Of a stretch of DNA of 29,466 nt, positions 8,294-21,950 are shown piece after piece. The stretch spans positions 62,001-91,466 of the forward strand of contig PS015140.1 in assembly GCA_048213135.1 (NCBI GenBank), given 5' to 3'. The notes under the pieces are model-generated. The model was given only the letters and a program-made list of their open reading frames with translations, was not told the DNA's origin and ran no database searches. This stretch comes from Reclinomonas americana ATCC 50394. Taxonomy: Eukaryota. Both the position numbers and the translations under genes were made by a program. Each line of letters begins with the position of its first letter. The stretch's first letter is position 1.

Positions 8294-10828
8294 CAGACAA
8301 ACAAACAAATGTACAAAGAAAGAGAGACGAACAGACAACACTTCGAAACTAACAACCAGTAATGCTGAGAAAGAGAGACAAACACTTCGACACAAACAAG
8401 CAGAAATACAAAGACAGAGAGGCAAAGACAGCCAGACAATCGACTTAGCACCAGAAATTCAGAAAAAGAGAGACAGAAACACAAACAACCAGAAATGCTG
8501 AGAAAGAGACAAATACTGCGACACAAACAAACAGAAAATGCAAAGAAAGAGAGACAAACGCTACGACGCAACAAACAGAAATACAAAGCGAGACAAACAG
8601 ACCAACAGATAGACAAACCTACAGACAGACAGAGAGAGAGAGAGCAACATATTTTCCTCATCCAGTCTCTCTCTCCCTACAATCACCCCAACACCCTCCC
8701 TCTTCTTCCCCCTCTGACCTTCGACCACTCCACACCAGCCAACGACTCATGCGCTCGCGCCTTCCACGACTGCTGCTGCGTGTTGATGGTGCGCACAAAG
8801 TCGTCCGTCTCCGCTGCCGTCGGTCCCACATCCGACAAATCCTCGTCGTCCTCGTTCTCGCGCACCGACACGAATTCCATGGTCGGCAGGTCGAGGCCGA
8901 GGGCGTTGGGCGGTACGTTGTACGCGAACTCGTCGGCCACCAGCTGGCTCGGTCGGATGCGGAAGACGGGGGGTGGGAAGTTCTCGCTCTGTGGGAGAAG
9001 GGGGGGGGGGGGGGTGAGGACGGGGGAAAGGTTGGATTGCGTTCGGGAAGGAGGAACGCACGCGGTCGAGGTTAACCAGCAAGTTCTCGTTCATGTCATC
9101 CTTGACGGCGCGGAAGCAGCCCCACTTTCTCTGCGGCGGGGGGACAGGGTAATAAGGGTGAGGGAGGAGAAAGGGATTGAGGAAACATCCTGCCTCTCTA
9201 TCTTCACCATCACACACCTGATCGGCGCGATGGAACCACCCGTTGAAACTGACACCACACAGGCTCTCCGCTTGTCGCTGCCCCGACACGGGCCGATACT
9301 GGAGATACGCAAAGTACTGCACATGATCGCGGGTCAGACGGTCGTTCGGCGAGGTCATGACGAGCAGCATAACTAACCGTGTGTCCGCCAACGCGGATCT
9401 CAACGCCCTCTGCGTACACCATCTGCAGAGAGACACGCAGTCAGTCGCCAAGATCGTCAACTAGTCACAAAGCTCGTGTCATGCACGCTCTATTCAATTT
9501 CATCTCTCAACAGGCGTGCTCTTGCATTTCTCAATCCCTGCTGCCCGCGGCAAGACAACTCACTGCTTCTGAATTGTGCTCTCTCGGCATCGCTCGTTGC
9601 ATTACCACAACTGAGGGCGTGACCTCGCAGAACAAGCGCTGCCTACCGCCTCACTCTCCATCATGCTTCTCACGAGGATCCAACCGTCCTTGCGCGCGCT
9701 CTTGCGCCCTTCACAGAGGCCACTCTCCCTCCTTGTTGTCTTGCAGATTATCGCTTCTTTCTCAGTCTCTCCTCCTTCTCTTATTTCCCTTCAGTTTCTC
9801 AATGCCTGCTTAATGTCTTGCTCCTTGCTCTCTCACCTCCCTTCCTCTTCCATCTCTTGCTTCCACTCAGCTTCCAACGACTGCTTCCCTCTCTCGCTTC
9901 TGTCTTTCTCAGTCTCTCTCTGTCCTCTTCCCTCTCTTATCTCTATTCAGTTTCTTGCCTGCTTCCATGTCTTGCTTCTTGCTCTCTCACTCTCCCTTCC
10001 TCTTCCATCTCATGCTTCCACTCAGCTTCTCAATGTCTGCTTTCCTCTCTCGCTCCTTGATCTCTCACTCTCCTCCCTTCCTAGTTTCCATTCAGTTTCT
10101 CGACGTCTGCCTTCATGTCTTGATGCCTGCTCTCCCACTCTCCCCCGTCCTCATCCCTCTCTCGCTTCCTTTCAGTTTCTCAATGGCCGCTTCCATGTCT
10201 TGCTTCTTTCTTTCTCAGTCTCTTCCCCCGTCCTCTTCCCTATCTTTCGCTCAGTTTCTCAATGTCTGTTCCTGTCTTGCTTCTTTGTTTCTCAGTCTCT
10301 CTCCCCCTCTCCCTCCCACCCTCGTCCCTCATATCTCTCTCTCTCTCTCTTCCACCCCCTCCCTTCTCCTCCCCCCTTCCCCTCCATCCCCCCCTTCCCC
10401 TTCATCCCCCCTTCCCCTCCATCCCCCCCTTCCCCTTCACCACTCACCGTCCACGTCCCCCTCACCCCACCCTCCTCCGTCACCACCACATTCGGCTCCT
10501 CCAGACGCACCCGCAACGGCGCCGAGCGCGCCACAAACCGCGAGCACGAGCGCGGTGGCGGCAACGAAACCGCCGACGACGCCGCCGCCATGGCAAACGC
10601 CCCCGCCGGGACAGTCGACCACGCTCGCGCCGACGCATCAGACGCCGTCTGCGCCCACGCTGCCGCTGACGATGACTCACTTGCTGTGGTGGAGAGCCAC
10701 GCTGATCGGTACAGCGTCCACTCGCCCGCCACTTGCGGCAACTCGCAGTGTGTCGCCACGTCAGCGTGCACGCCGGCGACGACGAGCAAGACGAAGACGA
10801 CGCATAGAGCGACAAAGTTGGCGCGCAT
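5698..10828 (-). CDS. CTSC: Cathepsin C / dipeptidyl peptidase I (papain family C1A with exclusion domain), ~566 aa, 15 exons
   Basis: Exons 10828-10448, 9422-9378, 9316-9218, 9130-9062, 8988-8719, 8025-7960, 7898-7798, 7737-7714, 7659-7593, 7534-7421, 7284-7188, 6741-6662, 6591-6480, 6420-6352 and 5804-5698 (1701 nt, phases consistent). Signal peptide, then DVATHC..VAGEW, GTWTMVYAEGVEI and FNGWFH..KWGCF (exclusion domain). Mature part [53 protein letters not shown] and [23 protein letters not shown], so Gln/Cys/His/Asn are intact. Confidence 0.95.
6790..6960. repeat. Intronic GAGGAA/GAGGGAA polypurine microsatellite
   Basis: Direct reading: (ggaaga)n and (gggaaga)n runs inside cathepsin C intron 11. 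Confidence 0.9.
8249..8290. repeat. (ACAG)n microsatellite in a longer ACAG/AG-rich intron tract (~8170-8645)
   Basis: Direct reading. Confidence 0.9.
9760..10440. repeat. Degenerate CT-rich minisatellite in cathepsin C intron 1
   Basis: Recurrent TCAGTTTCTCAATG, TTCCATGTCTTGCTTCTT and TCAGTCTCT blocks at irregular spacing, ending in a CCCT-rich tract. Confidence 0.75.
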
Positions 10829-11000
10829 TTCGTGCAAGATATCCAATCGCCCGTTGATTGGAATGGACGGGTGAACATGTGGCGCATAAGAAAGGCCATG
10901 AACGCTGCGTCGTTGTGCGGCAAGCAGCGCGCCAGTGAGAGGAAAGCATATCGCCTCTCACATGACGTCCGCGTAAAATGAAAATGCATTTTATTGCACC
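10829..11000. promoter_or_regulatory. Putative short bidirectional promoter between cathepsin C and the HNH-like gene
   Basis: Only 172 bp separate the divergent ATGs at 10828 (-) and 11001 (+). The interval contains TGACGTC (~10963). The call depends on 11001 being the true start. Confidence 0.45.
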
Positions 11001-11562
11001 ATGTTTGGTGGCAGCGCACTCGGCCTCGCCGGCTTCTGGTTGCAGTTCAAAGTGAGAGAGTGGTACTATCGCCTCTTTGACCCGCTCTATCAATGGGAGG
11101 AAGAAGAGGAGGAGGAGGAAGCGACATCGATGCCGACGGAACCGCCCATGCCACCGAGGAGATCTAGAATGAAACGCGTTTGTGGCTCCTCTAGATCTGC
11201 CGCCGTACGCGTTGCTCGTCCGTGGTCTTTGACTCCCGCGCTGTCGCGCTTGGCACACTGCGGTGTGAGTACATTCCTCAGAGGGCTATGGCCTTATTCT
11301 TTTGCGTTTGTGAGTTTGGGAGCACGTAATTCAGTTCGAGTCCTCCTTGTCGCGGATTTATTGGCGGGCCCGGGAGTGCCAATGCTCGCATACCGTCTTT
11401 CGACAAACTACTCTACATATCACCCGCGCGCCTGGCGTTGGCGGGGCAAAGAATGCACAGGTGTGCTTTGTGTGACTGTCGTCGTGGTTATATACTTGCT
11501 AACGATTTGAGATGCGTGCGCGTGTGTGTTTGTGTTTGTGTGTGCATGTTTGTGTGTGCGTG

Positions 11563-11615
<53 letters not shown>

Positions 11616-13619
11616 TATGTGTGTGTGTGTGTGTGCGTGCGTGTGTGCGTGTGTGCAGAAGTACCAGGGAGCCACCGCGGTGAGCGACGCAGCGGCAGTG
11701 GGAGGGAGAGAGAGAGTGCGAGAGAGAGTGTGCGACAGAGCGAGTTACAGTACCCGCCTCCTGACACCAAGCTGTGGCAGTCCGTCGTCTGCGAGGCCGC
11801 ACGCGAGCGCTGGAGCACGCAGGACTGGTCAAACGGTCACTGGTGGCCCGCTCGCCCGAAGGCAACCAACGTTTCGTTCATTTTCGCTTTTCGCGGCTTG
11901 CACACGAGGATTCACAACGTAGCACTGATGCGCGTGAATCCGCAGAGATAGGGGCGCTGGCTCCAGTTCTCTTTCTGCAGTATCGGCAGCCGCGCCGGCG
12001 CCGGCGTCGATTGCAGCAGCGGCCACATCGTCTGTGTCGGGTCTGCCGCCACGCGATCCTCGTGATCAGCATCATGCGCTCGACGAGAATCCGGCCGCGG
12101 TCGTGCAACAGAGCTCAGCCAGTGCCGCAGAAATGGCCGCGGTTCTTATTGCGCATCTCACGCAGCAAGCGCAGCGACTCGACCTGCTGTTGGCGAAATC
12201 GATGGAAGAGAACGCGCAACTCAAGCAGCACCATGCGGAGGAAGTCGCGTTTATGAGGCTGCTGTTGACGAAATCGATGGAGGATGTCGCGCAACTCAGG
12301 CAGCACCATGCAGAGGATGTCGCGCAACTCAGGCAGCACCATGCAGAGGATGTCGCGCAACTCAAGCAGCACCATACGGAGGATGTCTACCTTCGCGTCG
12401 AGGAAGCTCGAAACAGCTGCACTGAACAGATGCGCTCAGCCCAGAAAGTTATCACAACTTTTGTCATGTGCCATGCCATGCTGCCGTCCATGCTTACAAT
12501 CGGTAACTGTGTGTCCTGATTCAGCGGCTGAAACGCATCACCGTGGATATATCTGTGGAGAGAGGAATGGATCGTGTTGAGGACTTATCCGACTTCGACC
12601 TGGCTCACATCCACGACGTCCAGGTGAGGCACTGAGTCCCTTTTGCCGTTGATGATGAGTTTCGATGCTGACGGTCGAGTGTATACTCCCGATCCTGTAG
12701 CATTGCAGAACATACACCCACAGAGCGCAATGCTGTATATTTGCTCAGGATAATCTGGCGCACCCCGTCAACTGTCCACGGAACACTTTGTTGCTCACAA
12801 AGGCTGAGCATCAGGCTTTCAGCAGCTTCACTCTGTGTGTCAAGGTACGTACAGCGGTTGGGTTTGACCTGCAGCCGATGTGCATGTATGATAAGACCTC
12901 CTTTCTTTGTTGTGTTAGGCCGACGGTACACTGCTGTCAACGCACGGGAGCAGCAGAGTTCTCGATGGCCGTGTGGTGTTCAATAAGCGCAGTGCAATGT
13001 TCCAGCGGTGGTCGTTGCCGCACATGGACCTGCTGCTGCACCACGCTCGGAACTGCAAGGCGCCGCCTGCTGTGACTGAAGCTCTCGCAGCAGCTGCTGC
13101 GGAGGAAGAAAGCAACGGTCTTACGGATGCTGAGGCAAGTGGCCAGCTGCACGTGGTATTTTCCGTCGGCTTTCGTTGCTAAACGCGATCCATCGTGCTG
13201 TGTAGTGGCGCGTGCTGTATGGAGCTTTCAGTCTCAGAATTTCAGATGCGAAAAGCAGCAGTGGAGGCGTATCAACTACTCGGCGCACTGACTCTGGCGT
13301 TGGCGGTTCTGGTTCGTGGCGTGGTGGTCACGAGTCTGAGGACACGGAGGTTGAGGAGAAAAAAGACGAGGAGAAGAGTGGCGAAGCGCAAGGAGACAAG
13401 AATGGAGTGGCTGAGCATGAAAAGGTGGCTGATGGCGGAAGTCCGACGGAGGTCTCGGCACCCGTCGAGCTTGCCCCCTTCCAACTCAACGAAACCAACC
13501 TGCTATGCTTGCGGTCGCTCTCACTGCGGTTGCGTGTCAATATGTGGCGCCTGTCGACGAGTGTTCCGTTGGATCACCAGCCGTGCCCGGCCGTGGTGCA
13601 CCAGCAGCCGCAACCATAG
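11001..13619 (+). CDS. Putative coiled-coil plus HNH-like (HNH_2-type) nuclease-domain protein, 7 predicted exons
   Basis: Model: 11001-11177, 11659-11870, 11946-~12462, 12525-12623, 12701-12844, 12919-~13155 and 13206-13619, phases consistent. Translation gives DLAHIHD...VNCPRNTLLLTKAEHQAFSSFTLCVK...LPHMDLLLHH, matching the AHI...N..LLL....H..F...P...L..H pattern. The donors near 12463 and 13156 and exons 1-2 are uncertain. Confidence 0.55.
11521..11656. repeat. (TG)n microsatellite running up to a 3' splice site
   Basis: Direct reading. It ends at TGCAG (11658). Confidence 0.95.
12280..12387 (+). repeat. 33-bp coding tandem repeat (EDVAQLRQHHA x3.3)
   Basis: gaggatgtcgcgcaactcaggcagcaccatgca at 12280, 12313 and 12346, plus a partial copy at 12379. 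A diverged copy lies upstream (EENAQLKQHHAEEV). Confidence 0.95.
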
Positions 13620-15828
13620 GCGTCGTCGGCACCGGTTCAGCTACGCTCGGCGGCCCTGCCGAAGCCATGGCGCCGGTGACGAAGAAAGGCGTCGAGATGC
13701 CGGCGGTGGACCACGTGGCCGTGCCGTCTCAGCACGCACAACCCGCGGTGTAATGGGACTTGCACTAATACCGCCAACTGTTACCATGTTGGCGTGCCGA
13801 AAACTGAATACAGACGGTACTCATGCGAAAACCAGTCCAACAACACATGTCGAGACGGGCAGCAACTACCTGCGGGCAGGTGCGCGCCACCATTGGTTCC
13901 GCGACACGTTTTGATGCAACGTTTTCTTCCTGCGTGGAATGGAAATGTTCGGATTCATTGTGTTGCATCATATTGACCAGTTTTTTGTAAGCTCACGAGA
14001 CGATCTGTGGACGGAAGGCCCGTTTTCGTCTCTCAAGATGCCTTCACCACTGCACCTAACAAATTCATTCACCAACAAACAAGCAACAGCTGTTTTGATG
14101 ACCCAAGTTCAACCGCAGCGTATCCAATACATCAACACNNNNNNNNNNNNNNNNNNNNTTCCATTACCATTTTCTCTGTGGTGCTACATGTGCGGTTTCG
14201 TGCCAGAGATGCGCAGGTACGCGCAATCGATGTGTACAAATAAATGACGCTACAACAAGCACACGACGCGAATACAAACACACAGACAGACAGACGCACT
14301 CGCCCAGAAGACGTGCCAGTGTTGACAGATTGCAGTTTATCACACATTTATACTCACGCATTCACAATCTCGCTTCACCCTCTCGTCTCGCTTTGTCTCT
14401 TTAATCTAACAGTATCGATGCCATCCTCCTCACCTTACCATTATCAGTACTGTCACCATCACGCGCATCTCTCTCGTCCACAAACACATCCACGCAACAC
14501 CACACGAAGACACAGACAGCAGTTCACGGCCATCTCCATGGCAAGAACCACCTCTCACGCACCGCGCACACTCACAGAGAGAGAGACAGAGAAAGAAGCA
14601 CACAGAAAACGGCCACTCACTCCATCCCGACTTGTCTTTCGCACACAAACACGCTCAATCAGTCTCACTCACACAGGCATTCTCGCACAAAGTCTTACCC
14701 ATTCACTCTTGGTGTACTTCTCTGTATCTCTGTCTCCTGTCTCCTGAGGTGCCTCCTGAATCTCAAACTTCTAGATCAAGATCTCTCATTCTGCTCACTT
14801 CACGCTGACTGACCGATACTCACTCTCTCAGTTTCACACTCACACGCTCACCTACAGTCTCAGTCGCAACGCGGTCCACTTCGGGACCACTATGGGCGGG
14901 CCCGCTGTGGCACCAGAAATGAGAGCCGTCAACGTTCACGACTGCATCACTCACAACAAACAACTGAAGCTCGCATGCGGGCGCCCACACTGACAACGGC
15001 GACGTCGAACGGAGAGCCTGTGAGTGTCCACACTGACAACAACAGCTGGAGAGCCTGTGTGCACGAGTGATGGGTGGGTGGGAGTTAATGCTCACACAGG
15101 CGTGACGGCGGGAATTCGCAAACAAATCTGCCGCGCACCCCTTTGCTGTTTTGCGCCAGAGGTTGCTGAGTGCACAGACAAGACACGCACGATATATTTT
15201 GGAAGCGAGCAGCAGCGGTGAGCTGCGTGCTCTCAGACAACTGCGCGAGAATGTGTGAGGACTAATGGTGCTCGCGCTCGCGCGGGTCGCCGGTCCTCTG
15301 CGCGGGAGTGTGTGACGCCACAGTTTTGCTTGCGTGCCTGTTGTGTGCGATGCGTGTGTCCCGCTCTCCCGTTGCGTGTCACTGTGTACGAGTGATCAAG
15401 GGCTCCTGGTAAGTGCCTCCAGCTCCGCTGCCTCCTCTTGTGAGAGGAAGAGAGACTCAAGAGAGAGAGAGAGGAGGGGGGAAGAGGGAATGAGAGAGAG
15501 AGCNNNNNNNNNNNNNNNNNNNNTGACGATTGGCATGAAGTCGCTGGAGAGGTTCACTATGTAGACGTCACTCTCCTCTACTGCCAAGTCACTGCTGATG
15601 CTCGAGCTTGAGAGCGCTCTTGGCGACTGATGGCTAATGCTGTGACTGGAGATGTGTGGCTTGAGTCGCGGTCGAAGACGGTCACTCAAGCGCTGCATTA
15701 GACTCAAGCAGAGAGTACGCTTGAGGCTGATGCACTGGCTTGGACAGAAGCACCGACACAAGTCACGCTTCTGCCAGACTTGACAGGCAAGCCATGGGTT
15801 GCTAGGCATGTCACTTCTTGCAGGGAAA

Positions 15829-16171
15829 NNNNNNNNNNNNNNNNNNNNNNNNNNNNNNNNNNNNNNNNNNNNNNNNNNNNNNNNNNNNNNNNNNNNNNNN
15901 NNNNNNNNNNNNNNNNNNNNNNNNNNNNNNNNNNNNNNNNNNNNNNNNNNNNNNNNNNNNNNNNNNNNNNNNNNNNNNNNNNNNNNNNNNNNNNNNNNNN
16001 NNNNNNNNNNNNNNNNNNNNNNNNNNNNNNNNNNNNNNNNNNNNNNNNNNNNNNNNNNNNNNNNNNNNNNNNNNNNNNNNNNNNNNNNNNNNNNNNNNNN
16101 NNNNNNNNNNNNNNNNNNNNNNNNNNNNNNNNNNNNNNNNNNNNNNNNNNNNNNNNNNNNNNNNNNNNNNN
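15829..16171. other. Assembly gap (other gaps at 6031-6050, 14139-14158, 15504-15523, 19627-20229, 26677-26770)
   Basis: Runs of N. Confidence 0.99.
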
Positions 16172-16476
16172 CCAGGCAAACAAAGCAAAGCCGGGTCCGG
16201 ATCCGTGAAGCAAGCGAAGCAAAAGCAGTGGAGGCGTCGTCGACGTCAATGGTGCATCATGAGCCGTGGTTTCTCTTGCAGAAACGCCAGCATTAGCCAT
16301 CTCGACTTTTTCTCGCTTTTGTTTTCACATGGACAGTCGCGCTCGCGTGTCATCATTGTCACTCGGTCAGTGTGCGCGTGCGCTGATCGGTCCTCGAGTC
16401 GCGTTGCTGACTTTGTGTTTGTGCGGCAGTGACTCTCCCTTTGTTCCTCTTTCTTTTCTCCAGCACACTTGCAACA

Positions 16477-20503
<4,027 letters not shown>

Positions 20504-21045
20504 TCTTCTCCTCCACACTTTGTTTCCTCGTGTTTTTTTCTTCTTGGACTGCAGTCCCTCGTTGCTCGCTCGGCTTCATGGGACTGTAGGGTGTGCGTGC
20601 GTGTGCGTGTGTTTGTCGTCGTCGTTCTGTGCGTGGTTTGAAGGGGGGGAGGCGGCGGGGGGAGCAAGGCGAGGTCAAGGTCTCCTTTCTCTTTTTTCCA
20701 GTTTCCCCCCCAACTTTAGCAGGCCGCGGTCTCGCGCACAGAGACCGCGTGTTCCCTCCGCTGTTCCCCCCTCCCACCGTCGTCTTCTACCTGCCGTCTG
20801 TCTCCATACTCTCTCTCTTTGTTGCTGTGTGCTGCATTTTTTATTACAAACCAACCCTCCGAAACGCACCGAGCGGGGGTGGGGAAGCGAGAACACAGGT
20901 AGTTGCAGATCTGTCTGCTTTTGCTTCTTTCTGAGAAGTAGGCGGTCAGGTTGATGTTTCTTGGCTGGCACGGCTTTCGAGAGGAAGGCGGTCAGCTTGT
21001 TGAGCATGACATGCTTCTTGCTCGAGAGCAAGGCAGTCTGCCCGG

Positions 21046-21760
21046 TGCTTGTTGGCTTTCTGCATTTCATGCTGTGCACTTGGCAGTGTGCCTGCTGCTT
21101 GTTGTCTCGGAAAACAACGCAGTCTGCTTGATGCTTGCTGAGCAGAACCTGATAGTGTCGGGATCTTGTCTGCTTGTTGGCTTTCTGCATTTCATGCTGT
21201 GCACTTGGCAGTGTGCCTGCTGCTTGTTGTCTCGGAAAACAACGCAGTCTGCTTGATGCTTGCTGAGCAGAACCTGATAGTGTCGGGATCTTGTCTGCCT
21301 CCTCGACACAAGTGTCTGCTTCTTGCTTTGCGCCACTCAATGCTTGTTGACGTGCACTTCGTGCTTCGAAAGCCTGGCAGCCTGCTCGGCGCTTGCGGAG
21401 CTGAACTCGGGATCTTGGCTGTCTGCGCGACGTTGTTTCCAGTTTCTGCTTCTTGCTTTGTGCCACTCGATGCTTGTTGACGTGCACTTTCTGCAGTTCA
21501 TCCTGTCGAGAACTGGGCAGTCTGCTCGGTGCTTGTTGACTCGGAAAACAACGCCGCCTGCTTGATGCTTGCTGAGCCGACTTTATGGTGTCGGGATCTT
21601 GGCTGTCTGCCAGTGTCTGCTTCTTGCGCATGCTTTGTGCCACTCTAGTTCTCGAGAGCAAGGCCGATGCTTGTTGACGTGCAATTCTTCCTGTCGAGAA
21701 CTTGGCAGCCGGCTCGGTGCTTGTTGAGCTGAGCAAGCTCTGCCTGATGCTGCCAGCAAC
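21046..21760. repeat. Intergenic TGCTT-rich repeat block with a near-perfect 125-bp tandem duplication and diverged copies
   Basis: The unit starting tgcttgttggctttctgcatttcatgctgtgcac occurs at 21046 and 21171. Sub-motifs tcgggatctt, tgcttgttgacgtgca and ctcggaaaaca recur up to ~21720. Confidence 0.85.
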
Positions 21761-21950
21761 AGCGCCTTCCATTTGCAACTGGACGAAACTTGTACTGCAT
21801 CGAATTGGTCGCAAACGCCGACGCTCTCTCCTCACCCCTTTCACCTTCTACGCCTCCTCCGCCTCCACAACAAACGACAAAGCAGGCTGCCCGAAGTGCC
21901 ACGTCATTCCCGCGTCCCATTTCACGGCAAACCCCCTCATTTCCCGCAAA

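Noticed and set aside
13800-13835. LNTDGTH resembling a MULE transposase first-Asp motif
   Set aside because: Too short. No further DDE residues, TIRs or long ORF support it.
14881-14925. SGPLWAGPLWHQK resembling a Trm1 methyltransferase motif
   Set aside because: Immediately followed by a stop, with no other Trm1 motifs nearby. Probably chance.
20675-21844. 389-aa minus-strand ORF
   Set aside because: It runs through a 125-bp duplication in different frames, and stop-codon scarcity follows from the TGCTT skew. It has no recognisable protein features.
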